From: Octopus sinensis
Taxonomy: Eukaryota
Assembly: GCF_006345805.1 (NCBI RefSeq)
Contig: NC_043000.1
Coordinates: 80,228,001 to 80,292,000 of the forward strand
Length of the DNA: 64,000 nucleotides
Reading direction: 5' to 3'
Part shown: piece by piece, positions 24,601 through 36,931 of the stretch
Layout: each line of letters starts with the position of its first letter
How positions within the stretch are numbered: the stretch's first letter is position 1
Translations under genes and position numbers: made by a program
The notes under the pieces: generated by a model
What the model saw: the letters and a program-made list of their open reading frames with translations, nothing else
Databases searched by the model: none
What the model was told of the DNA's origin: nothing

Positions 24601-24875
24601 ATAAGTATATATATATATATATATATTTTTATGCATATATATATGTGTGTATATATATTTATATATATGTGTATATATATGTATTTATATATATATATAT
24701 GTATATTTATGTATATATATGTAAGTATATACATGTATATATATGTTTGTATATATGTATGTATATATGTATATATATATGCTTATGTATGTATATATGT
24801 GTATATATATATATATGTTTGTATATATGTTTATATATATATGTATGTATATATATATATGTATATATAGATGTT

Positions 24876-24916
<41 letters not shown>

Positions 24917-24934
24917 GTATATATACCCCTGGTT

Positions 24935-25935
24935 CATTCCAGCTTGCAAGATTTTCATTCTGACTTCTGCTTCCTGTTTAGCAGTAAGTCCCTGAACAAA
25001 ATTTAGGCACTTGAACAAGTCTGGAATTAGTTTATCTAGTTTAAATCTCTTGCACTCTCTGTTCACTCTACCCATATATGCGATAAAGTCTTTGTCTCAC
25101 TTTTCTCCATGTTCAAACACTTCCAATGTGAGTTTAACAATGATGTTGTTTTCCCTGAATATCTTACATGAAATGTCAATTGTGTCTGTGAAATTTATGT
25201 TAGAAACTTTTTTAGGTAATATAAAGTTACTGTACACTTCACGCTCTATCCTCACCAGTTTCCTCAGAATTAAAAATGGTATCATTTCGTCCATCCAGTC
25301 TCGGCATTCTTTTTCGAAATTTGTTCAAATCTTTGTTAATATACCTCAAAGGTGACATTTTCTTCTGGGTCATATTTAAATTCATTTAATGAATTTGCTA
25401 TATGACTTGGCAAAAATGTATTTTCCAGTTTTGTTACTAACTTCAATAGTTGTAGTATTTGTTACTATAACATTTGTTTTTCTTGTTGTTCTTTGAGTTG
25501 TTGTTGTTGCTGTTTTTGCAACTCAGCTAAACCCTCTAACAAGTTTTCCATAATTTTACTGACTTTTTGTAAAGTATATACAGCAAAAATGTTTGTTACT
25601 CCTCTGTCAAGTTTTCAATTTCTCCACATTTTTTAATGTTGTCCACGTGAATTGTTTATATCTTCATCACCACAGTTATAATGTGGATTCTTGTCCACTT
25701 GTATGTTATTGTCAGCACTGTAATATTCTTGTCGCCACTATTATGTTGTGACTGTATTCCACTTCTTATCTTTGACTTGTCTATCATGCTATTGCTGATA
25801 GCTCCACAAGGCAATGACTTTGAGATGTCTACCTTGATGGTAACTCAAACTTGTATGTATCACGTAACTGACTTTGACACTGAGTCCAACTGAGAACTCA
25901 TACAATGACTCTACTACTACTACTGACGCCCTACA
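24935..25935 (-). mobile_element. Gypsy LTR retrotransposon remnant (gag, PBS, putative LTR 25744-25935)
   Basis: Decayed gag (..[43 protein letters not shown]); TGGCGACAAG PBS-like at ~25728-25737(-); TG..CA bounded ~190 bp. Confidence 0.65.
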
Positions 25936-26813
25936 ATAACTGACTGTCTGACTTTGTAGTGACTCTCATACCACTTTGTCAAGTAGGAAGGGGAATACCA
26001 TTTTCACTACAACAAGAGTATACTGAGTGCATTTTCTTGTAGAAAAGTTCAGTTGTTCTCAACAATACAGTGTTAAATTCTATGCTTTCTTTTCTTTTTT
26101 ACAAACCACTTTACTGTGTGTACTAGGTATATTTTTGTGACACCAACAATAGAGCAGTTACCTCACTCAGAAGTCTCTAGGAATAGAATATTGAGGGATT
26201 CCTTCATGGCACTAGTATAGGTGAGATGCCTTATAAGCACTCAAATGTAAAAGAGTGCTCAGTAACCTATGATGTGTAGACTATGATGTGCTCAGTAACC
26301 TATGATGTGAAAGAGAATGGGAGAAAGAGTGACAACAGAAAGGCTAGAAGCTAGTGGATGAGAGGTGGGGAGAATGTATGTATTAGAGAGTACCAATAAC
26401 TTAGAACATGTACATTTGCTTGGATGGCCAAGGGAAGGAAGAGAAGAGACAGTGACAATATCAGGAGTTACAGGTAAAAGGAGAAAGTGTATGCTGGAAA
26501 AGGCAGGGACGTTTGGGGTAGAGTATGTGAGGGAGAATGATTGACAGCGAACAGCGAACTCACTTGCTAAATCCATATGTAAAGCATTATCAAAACCACA
26601 TCACAAAAACATAAGGATTCCTTTTTATGGTCAGGAAGTACTTCAGCCATGGTTAGATGTTGACTCATGTAGAAATCTTTTGTAACCTAACTAATACTAT
26701 CTAGCTTTGGTCTTCTATACTCTCGGCCATCACTCTCTCTCTCTCGGGTCACTGCTATTGCTACCCAACACTTATTCTTGCCTTTATCTTATCAACTACT
26801 CTCACTGTTGTCC

Positions 26814-26881
<68 letters not shown>

Positions 26882-27087
26882 CAATAGGTGAGATCTAGAG
26901 ATGTTCAATATAGAAAACACATAGTAGTGCTCAAATGATTTGAACTTAAATTGTGAAGTCATTATTGTAAGAGAAATCCAGGTGAGCTGATGGGGAAATT
27001 GTGATGCAGATAAACATAATTAGGCTTGATATATATAAATACATATACACATATAGCTATATATTGGGATATGTATATAGACAATAG

Positions 27088-27330
27088 AGATACGTGGCAT
27101 AGTGGTTAGAGTGTTGGACTCATGATTGTAAGATTGAGATTTTGATTCCTGGACCGGGTAATGCATTGTGTTCTTGAGCAAGACACTTCCTTTCACGTTA
27201 CTCCAGTCCACTCAGCTGGCAAAAATGAGTAATCTGGCAATGGATCAGCATCCCATCCAGGTGGGGAATATATACGCCACTGAAACCAGGAAACCAGTTC
27301 TTATGAGCTGGCATGGTTCGAGGAAGAAAT
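27088..27330 (+). mobile_element. tRNA-derived SINE
   Basis: GTGGCATAGTGGTTAGAG A-box, degenerate B-box, TTGAGCAAGACACTT.. Confidence 0.55.
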
Positions 27331-27334
27331 ATTT

Positions 27335-27630
27335 ATTTCATTCGAGCGTGATCGTTACCAATGTCGCCTTACTGGCACCTGTGCTGGTGGCATGTGTAAA
27401 AAGATTTGTGCGAGGTCATTGCCAGTACCGCCTGACTGGCCCCTGTGCCGGTGGCATGTAAAAAACACCCACTACACTTTCAGAGTGGTTGGCGTTAGGA
27501 AGGGCATCCAGCTGTATAAACTCTGCCAAATCAAGATTGGACCCTGGTGCAGCCATCTTGTTTGCCAGCCCTCAGTCAAAATCGTTCAATCCATGTTAGC
27601 ATGGAAAGCGGACGTTAAACGATGATGATA
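27335..27630 (+). mobile_element. RTE LINE 3' UTR fragment
   Basis: Same 3' terminus and (GAT)n tail. Confidence 0.8.
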
Positions 27631-27949
27631 GAAACAAAATCTCAATATATTCAGAAAATAAAGACATATGTTCTAGCATATAGATATTTATATATTTTGA
27701 AAAATTAAACTTATTTTTATATGGAGTATAAAAAATACAGAAAACTAAGCAGGAAGTGCATAGCTTTTTAACTCAACAGCTGTTTCTGGGAGCTTGGAGA
27801 TATGTAATAACTGTAATGTTCATAATTAGCAGAAGGAATGTGCAAAAAGTCATGGAGAGATGGATACATAGAGACATTATTATAATCTCAGCTTCCTTCA
27901 TCTGGATGGGAGATTGGAAGATAGCAATTCACATCATGGTGTGAGAGAT

Positions 27950-30900
27950 TTAGAGGTCTTCATGCATTTTAAAATTCCACCTCTATTTTCAGCGTTATCG
28001 TATCGTATCGTATTTATTTATTTATTTATCTATTTATTCTCTCTCTGGTTTTCATCTATCTAATTATTTTTCCCCTCAAATTCAGTAAATTTGTTGCAGA
28101 GAGAATTCCTTACGAATTATATTCAAACTCGTTGCTTAGATGTTCGCCCGCCCTCCCACCCCCTCCACCAATACCGGAAGTTTCTACCCCAATACCGGAA
28201 GTTTCTACCCCTGTCTTATTAACTACCCCACCCCCACCTCTATGTAGGGTTTATCTGATCATATAGCGCAAAAACTGTGAAATGTATGCAGGTTGTAGTC
28301 TAGTGTTTCCATATGAAATCTGCCAAATGCAAGCTTTCTTTTCAGGTACATGACACAGCTGTCCCACATCCCAGGGTCTCAGAGGCCCACACCTCCCACA
28401 CCCTCAGAGTTGGCACACTCAATGTTGGCACATTGAAAGGTAGGTCGGGAGAGATTGTAGAGCTGCTTGAACGGAGACATGTGGATTTATGCTGCATCCA
28501 GGAAGTAAGGTGGAGAGGAGGTTCCGCTAGGCACCTCACAGGCAAGGAACACAGGTACAAGATTTTCTGGGCAGGGAACACTGACGGGGTCGGGGGCGTG
28601 GGTATACTTCTTGCGGAGAAATGGGTAGATAAGGTAATCGAGGTAGTCAGAGTAAGTGACAGAGTAATTAAAATTAGATTAGTCCTTCACCATAGGTCAG
28701 CTACCGTCATCTCGGCATATGCCCCTCAACCAGGGCTACCGGAAGGACAAAAAGACCAATTCTATGACACCCTATTGCGGACTACCTCGTTGACAAATGA
28801 CAGTGACCTTCTCTTCATGGCAGGTGATTTCAATGGACATGTTGGTCGGCATGTCGGGGGCTTCCATGGCATTCATGGAGGCTACGGTTTTGGCTCTCGT
28901 AATGAGGAGGGAACCAGGCTGCTGGAGTTCTGCGATGCAAATGACCTTATGGTCTGCAACAGCAACTTCAGGAAACCCACCTCTCACCTAGTCACCTACC
29001 GTTCTGGCAGACACACTAGCCAGATTGACTACATCCTTGCCAGAAAAAGAATGTACTCCTCAACATAGATTAGTAGTTAGCGACTTTAGGATCAGAGCTA
29101 AATGGTTGCCCAGAAGAAGATCTGCTTGGAGGAGAAGTGTCTGGAAGCTTAAAGATCCTGCAAATGGACAGAGATTTAGAGACATACTACTCGAAGCCTT
29201 TAACGAAATAGAAGGGGATATAGCTTCACTTAATGTGGAAGACAACTGGAGATTTCTACGGGACAATCTGCTGACAGCCACTGACCAGATCTGTGGATGG
29301 AGCAAAGTACCATCTCGACACAGAGTAACATGGTGATGGAACACTGTGGTTGACAGGGCTATTAGACAAAAGAGACAGGCTTGGAAGGACTGGAAGAACG
29401 GTGGTAGCAGGGAATTGTATCAGACAGCCAGAAGGGAAGCTAGGAGACAGGCTTATTTAGCCAGAGGGGAAGCGGATAAGAAAAAATTTGCCAATGTTCT
29501 GAGCCGTGAGGATGAAAGACTTGAGGTATTTCGTGTTGCAAGACAGTGTGTGAGAGAGAATCGTGATGTGGTAGGAGAGAAGTGTGTTTGCATGGATGAT
29601 GGTTCACTTGTGCTAAATGAGGATGCAAAGAGAGAGGTTTGGAGATGCCACTATGAAAGGTTGCTGAATAAAGAAAATGAATGGGATAAAGAGAGTCTGC
29701 CGAATGTCAACCCAACAGAGGGACAAGCCATCCGAGTTTAAAATTCTTTGGTAGTTAAAGCAATTAGAAGCATGAAGACAGGGAAAGCCCCAGGCCCATC
29801 AGGAATTACTGCAGAGATGCTCAAAATATCTGGCAGTGTCGGCTATAACCTAGTCACCCATATAGTCAACCAGGTGATACACGAAGGAGTCATACCCAAT
29901 GACTGGTGTAGCAGCATACTAGTCAACTGCTACAAAGGTAAAGGTGATGCCCTAGATACAAATAATTACAGAGGTATCAAGCTGTTGGATCAGGTAATGA
30001 AGGTTACGGAGAGGGTTATAGCCCAACAAATTAGAGAGAGAGTTAGTTTAGATGAGATGCAGTTTGGGTTCATGCCAGGGAAAAGTACCACTGATGCTAT
30101 ATTCCTGGTAAGGCAGCTGCAGGAGAAATACCTGGCCAAAGATAAGCCCCTGTACCTGGCTTTCGTTGACATGGAGAAAGCCTTTGATAGGGCCCCCCGA
30201 TCCCTTATCTGGTGGTCAATGAGGAAACTAGGGATAGATGAATGGCTGGTGAGGGCTGTGCAAACCTTGTACAGAGATGCCGTAAGTAAGGTTAGGGTTG
30301 GCAACATGTACACAGAAGAATTCAAAATAGAGGTTGGGGTCCACCAGGGTTCAGTACTCAGCCCCCTCCTATTTATCATAGTCCTCCAGGCAATTACGGA
30401 GGAATTCAAGACAGGTTGCCCCTGGGAGCTCCTCTATGCTGACGACCTTGCTCTAATTGCTGAGTCACTATCAGAACTGGAGGAGAAGTTCCAGGTGTGG
30501 AAGGAGGGCCTAGAATCGAGGGGCCTTAGAGTCAATCTAGCTAAAACCAAAGTCGTAATAAGTAGGAAGGTAGACAATCCACAAATGTCTTCAGGAAGAT
30601 GGCCCTGCTTGATCTGTAGAAAAGGTGTAGGTAGAAACTCTATAAGATGTACCCAGTGTAAGCTATGGACACATAAGAGGTGCAGCAATGTCAAAGGTAG
30701 GCTAACTGAGATGATAGTTTTTGTATGTGGCAGATGCTCGGGAGCATTAACCTCCGAAAATCTGCAGAAAACAACTTCCGTCACTTTCCAGGGGGAAAAA
30801 CTAGAAGTCAGTAGTGGGGGTGGGTGCGCTGAAAGTGTAACTGCTAGAATAAGAATAGCCTGGGCAAAGTTTAGGGAGCTCTTGCTGGTGACTAAAGGCC

Positions 30901-31848
30901 TCTCACTCAGAGTAAAGGGCAGACTGTATGATGCATGTGTACGAACAGCCATGCTACATGGCAGTGAAACATGGGCCGTGACTGCTGAGGACATGCGTAA
31001 GCTTGTGAGGAATGAAGCCAGTATGCTCCGATGGATGTGTAATGTCAGCGTACATACTCGACAGAGCGTTAGTACCTTGAGAGAAATGTTGTACCTAAGA
31101 AGCATCAGTTGTGGTGTGCAAGAGAGACGATTGCGCTGGTATGGTCATGTGGCGAGAATGGATGAAGATAGGTGTGTGAGAAAGTGCCAATCCCTAGCAG
31201 TTGAGGGAACCCATGGAAGAAGTAGACCCAGGAAAACCTGGGACGAGGTGGTGAAGCACGACCTTCAAACTTTAGGCCTCACTGAGGAAATGACCAGCGA
31301 CCGAGACCTTTGGAAATATTCTGTACGTGAGAAGACCAGGCAGGACAAGTGAGCCCAGCCCACTTATGCATGCCTTTCCTCCCTTGGACACAAAGACCTG
31401 TTGAGGCAAGCGAAGTCGATATAGAACCTCATCCGACGACAGGCACCCATGCCAACCCCCTTTGCTTGCGAAGACATGTTGGGGCAAGCGAAATCGAAAT
31501 CGAATTGAACCAGCCAGGATCCCTGGTCTGGTGGTATGTAAAAAGCACTATCCGACTCGTTGGCGATGCCAGCGCTGCCTCGACTGGCCTCCGTGCCGGT
31601 GGCACGTAAAATACACCAATCCGACCGTGGCCGTTGCCAGCCTCGCCTGGCACCTGTGCAGGTGGCACGTAAAAAGCACCCACTACACTCACGGAGTGGT
31701 TGGCGTTAGGAAGGGCATCCAGCTGTAGAAACATTGCCAGATAAGACTGGAGTCTGGTGCAGCCTTCTGGCTTCCCAGATCCCCGGTCGAACCGTCCAAC
31801 CCATGCTAGCATGGAGAACGGATGTTAAACGATGATGATGATGATGAT
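27950..31848 (+). mobile_element. Near-full-length RTE LINE (APE endonuclease + RT + PHD-like finger), inactivated
   Basis: APE (GTLNVGTL, CIQEVRW, AGDFNGHVG, QIDYIL) 28313..29068; RT (QFGFMPG, FVDMEKAFD, GVHQGSVLSP, LYADDL) in 29748..31352; internal stops near 29334 and 29739, small deletions; (GAT)n tail; 5' boundary approximate. Confidence 0.93.
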
Positions 31849-31948
31849 ATATATGCTGGAACATGTGTTTATCTTCTGAATATATTTAGGTTATATATAT
31901 ATATATAATATATATATATATATTATATATATATATATATTATATATA

Positions 31949-31995
<47 letters not shown>

Positions 31996-32676
31996 ATATA
32001 TAGATATCCCTATCTAGGTAACTATATTTTGTATATATATGTAAATTTATATATATCAGGCCTAAATGATGTTTAACTGTATCACTATCTCTCTCCCTCT
32101 CTATATATATACATATATACATGTGTGTGTGTGTGTGTGTGTGTATATATGAAACATAATTAGTTACAGAATATAGGTACAGACACAGAGATCGGTGAAC
32201 ATGATAATAAGGTAATTTGAAATGTAATTATATACAACTAATGTCATATATATGTGTGTAATAAGTTTCATGACACTATATATAAATAAAATAGGAAATA
32301 CATAATGGAGATTGTGTATTTGATGTCTTTTAAAACATACCCATATGTGTATGTGTGTATCTATGGAAATGTGGTTCTGTAATAGAATGTGTGCAAGTGA
32401 ATAGCTAATATGTGTGCATTACATAAATAGATGTATGAATACATATATTTGTATATGTTTGTGTGTGTCTGTGTGTGCATATACACATACACATAAGCAT
32501 ACAAACTCACACACACGTTAGTATCACAATGTTGTATATTGAAAGAGGAGTGTAAGAGATTAAGTATGAGTGTTGAGCATTACAATATCATCTACAATAA
32601 TAATAATATATTTACTATGATTATAATAATAATAATAATAGTAATAATAATAATAATGATAATAATAATAATAATG

Positions 32677-32710
<34 letters not shown>

Positions 32711-32817
32711 TGATGACATTAAACTTCAGCATTATTATTTCCTTCTGTTTTTTGTTTCATTTGTTTCAAATGAAATCAAATTGTATTAGAACAAAATACA
32801 ATACAATATCATATATA

Positions 32818-33330
32818 TCTATATATATAAAACTGTAGTTGTGTGAGTGTCTGTCCCCTTCGATTTAGATTCCTAACTACTCCCACATTTTGCGGTGCAG
32901 TTTAACCAAATTCGGGTATCTTATAGTCGTGATTCATATCGAGCCCGTCTGAGTATTAGCGCGCGTCTACGATGAGTCTACGATTTTAAAAATAATTTAA
33001 CATCATTTTTTATTCCATTTTAATGCATAATTTTTTGTGTGTCGATGGCGGCGGAGTTGGCGTCCCTGGTCACACCTGCACCTGTTTGCTTCTCCCCCTT
33101 CTTCCCTCCCTCATGAAGCTGTGGGGAAGGGAGTGTAAGGAAATCAACGTCGTAAAGCATTGTCAAGGAGACCAGCGTTCTTTTAGAACAACGACTTCAT
33201 GGCTTGAAGACACCAAAACAGAAATGACTAAGAAAGCCCGAATTGGCATCTATAAGGGAAGTAACTCTCTAAAAATGCTTATATAGTTATTTCCCTTACA
33301 AACCCAAGCAACGCCGGGCGATACTGCTAG
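32818..33330 (+). mobile_element. Non-autonomous Helitron
   Basis: A|TCTATATATATAAAACTGTAG start; CGCCGGGCG hairpin and CTGCTAG|T end. Confidence 0.8.
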
Positions 33331-33892
33331 TTATGTATATTTTAAATGTCCATATACTCTAAATGTCAATAAATAGAGCAGAAAATATGGAAGTAGATAT
33401 GGTGTAGAAGTCTATTTCAGTAATTCACCATGAATTTAGAAATATTGTCTTGTCTGTTATTTCTTATTGCTTAAATGATTTGGCTTACAACAATCCCTAT
33501 ATTTGGAAATAATTCTACTATTATGTATGACTCTTTCCTATTTGCCATCTTTATTCAGTGATGTAGTTTGGAGGATTGAAAAATCAGGAAAATAACAAAG
33601 AAATTTTTAAATATTTCTGTGAGTAGGTGGCAGAAATACAGTCTGAAAAACTCTTCTACGTTTGTTTTGTCTGTATCCATGAGATAATGGCCCTTCAGTT
33701 TGTTGCAGTGATTATTGGATGGTCGGATGGTCGATGGTTGATTAGTCAGTTGGCTGGATAGTCAGTGGGTTGTTTGTTTGCTGTATGTCTTTCATCTAGA
33801 TCATATTTCTATAGCCACCAAGTAGGAAGCACATTACATAATGAAACCTGTATCTTTGTATGTATGTGAGTGTGTGAGAAATTCACCACACA

Positions 33893-33943
<51 letters not shown>

Positions 33944-34183
33944 ATGTATATGTATATATATATAATGTATATATATATATATGTATATATGTATGTATAT
34001 ATGTATGTATATATATATTTATATATGTATGTATATACATATGTATATATGTATATATGTATATATATATGTATATATGTATATAAAGTTAATCCAAACA
34101 AGAAAGCACAAAAAAACACAACGCGAGGACGTGGAACAAATATAGTATTTAATGGACGCTCAGGAAAGAAGGAAAGAAGGAGG

Positions 34184-34218
34184 GTTTAACGTTTCGAGCA
34201 GAGCTCTTCGTAGGAAAC
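34184..34218 (-). ncRNA. Degenerate hammerhead-like motif (family F)
   Basis: GTTT c CTACGAA GAGC tct GCTC GAAAC GT T AAAC; core lacks G5. Confidence 0.35.
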
Positions 34219-34469
34219 ATAGGAGAAGGGAAGACAGAGGAAAAAAAAAATCACCAACGGTACACACGAGGTCACATATATATATGTATATATATATATA
34301 TATATATGCATCTTCACACAACAGACACACACATATATATACATACAAGCACACATTTATTAAATTTATATATATCACTGTAGAGACAGCCATAATATCA
34401 GGTAGTTAAGATAGAAGCATTACATCAGGTATATTTAGGAGGGGAAAAAGCAGAAAGTAAAATATTAAC

Positions 34470-35420
34470 CAATGTTTTGCAGTGAAAGGATCAGAAGTTT
34501 ACTTGTCTGAGATGGTAAAGTAGTGTGTCCGTTTGGATCAGGATGTCATTGGTGAAAACTGTGTATGTGTAGCCCTCAGTGGCATTAAACAGAAACACAT
34601 GGAAATGTTACTACAAGTGGTCACTAAAAGATGAGGATGCATTGGAGAGAATGAACTATCTGTGAAAAGATCCACCTGAGGTATCAGCTATTTGAAATTG
34701 ATTGTCATACTGCTGAAATGATCATTGAGAATTTAAAAGGAGAGAATGGAGCCTGACCAGTAAGTATAGTCACCAAGATGATGAAAAATCTAATGAAGTA
34801 GGCCACATACTAATCTTTCAAATAGTCACTCAGATAATACAGGAAGGGGTTGTTTGTAATGACTGGTATATAAAGTGTTAAAAGGTAAGAGGAGATTCGC
34901 TTGACGGACCAAATTATGAAAGTAACAGAATAAACTACAGTACCTTAAATTAGAAAGAAAATTAGCTTAGAGGAGATGAAGTTTAAGTCTGTGCTTGGCA
35001 ACACTAACACACTCTTCTTAATGAGACAGCTACCAGAAAGTTCTTATTTAAGTACAGCCGTACTACTTAGCTTTTGTTAACCTAAAGAATATTTTTGACA
35101 GAGTGTCATGCTCTGTAGTTTAATGCTGGTTAAGAAAATAGCACATAACTTATGAGTAACATGTAAGTCATGTTCAGGGATGCAACTAGCAAGATGAGAG
35201 TTTGCAGGTAGAGGTTCACTGAAAGGTGCCTTAGTTCTGAGCCCCGTCTTGCTTATTATGGCTCTTCAGGTAAAAACAAAGGCTTTTAAGGGAAGCTGTC
35301 CATGGAAACGTTTAATGATCTGGTACCCTTAACTGAATCTGTTAAAATATGTGAGAAGAAATTCCAAATCTAGAAACAAAGTCTAGAATTAAGATGTCTT
35401 AAAGTAAACCAAGCAAATAG
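34470..35420 (+). mobile_element. Old degenerate RTE RT fragment
   Basis: Residual similarity to the RTE at 29500-30560 (e.g. GTAGAGGTTCACTGAAAGGTGCCTTAGTTCTGAGCCCC). Confidence 0.55.
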
Positions 35421-35673
35421 TTTTATTTAACACAATCCCCACCCCCAGATCTCTAGGAAGTGGCCATATTTAATAAGGTAAGAAGTAATAAGTAGGAATT
35501 CAGTGTATATTGTGGGTACACAAAAGATACAATGGAATCACAAGCAGACTGACAGAAAAGATGTCATATGAACAGTTGTGTAATGATGGTGATGGTGATG
35601 GTATTGGTGTTGGTGATGGTGATACTGAAAATATCTATGGTCATGTATATTTTACTGAACCTCAGTGAAAAGC

Positions 35674-35734
<61 letters not shown>

Positions 35735-35770
35735 ATATATATTATATATATATAATATATATATATGATG

Positions 35771-36675
35771 TAGCATCAGATGCGGTGTGCAAGAGAGATG
35801 ACTGTGCTGGTATGGTCATGTGGCAAGAATGGATGAGGATAGCTGTGTGAAAATGTGTCACACCCTAATGGTTGGGGGAACCTGTGGAAGAGGTAGACCC
35901 AGGAAGACCTGGGATGAAGTAGTGAAGCACAACCTTTGAACATTAGGCCTCACCAAGAAAATAACTAGTGACCGGGGCTTTTAGAAATATGCTGTGCTTG
36001 AGAAGACCCAGCAAGCCAAATGAGACCATAACCTCATGGTCTATGCCAGGGGTGTAACCAGCCCACTTATGCGTATCTTTCCTTCTTTGGACACTAAACT
36101 CTGCTTGCGAAGACCTGTTGAGGTAAGTAAAATCGAAATCAAATTTTGATGACTGGCATCCGTGCTAGTGGGGCGCTAAGAGCACCATCCGAGCGTGATC
36201 GTTGACAGAGCAGCTAACTGGCTTCCATGCCGGTGGCACGTTAAAAGCACCATTCAAGCGTGATTGTTACCAGCATCGCCTTACTGGTACTTGTGCCCTG
36301 TGCTAGTGGGGTACTAAGAGCACCATACGAGCATGATCATTGGCAGAGTGGCTAACTGGCTTCTGTGCCGGTGGCACATAAAAGGCACCATTCGAGTGTG
36401 ATTGTTACCAGCGTCACCTTACTGGCATGTGAAAAAAATATTCAAGCGAGGTTGTTGCCATTACCACCTGACTGGCCCCTGTGCCAGTGGCATGTAAAAG
36501 CACCCACTATACTCTCGGAGTGGTTGGCATTAGGAAGGGCATCCAGCTGTAGAAACTCTGCCAGATCAAGATCAGAGCCTGGTGCAGCCATATGGTTCGC
36601 CAGTCCTCAGTTATATCGTCTAACCCATGCTAGCATGGAAAGCGGACGTTAAACGATGATGATGATGATGATGAT
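35771..36675 (+). mobile_element. RTE LINE 3' fragment
   Basis: ..RGRPRKTWDEVVKH.., 3' UTR repeats, (GAT)n tail. Confidence 0.85.
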
Positions 36676-36881
36676 ATACGTACACACATGTAATATGTAT
36701 ATATCAATATGATGATAAATTAAAATAATGACGGTTATTTTTAAACCTAGACTCATAACATAAAAAGGGCACGTAACAGAATATAGAGGCTAGATGTAGT
36801 AAAATCCCTGCCCGTGCCATCACTTTATTAGTACCCTCTATTATTGATCCTCCTCCTCTTCTTCATCATCACCACCACCAT

Positions 36882-36931
<50 letters not shown>

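Noticed and set aside
24552-25006. YI/CV-rich ORFs (also 4029-4635, 19726-19971, 33834-34189, 51137-51559)
   Set aside because: Microsatellite translations
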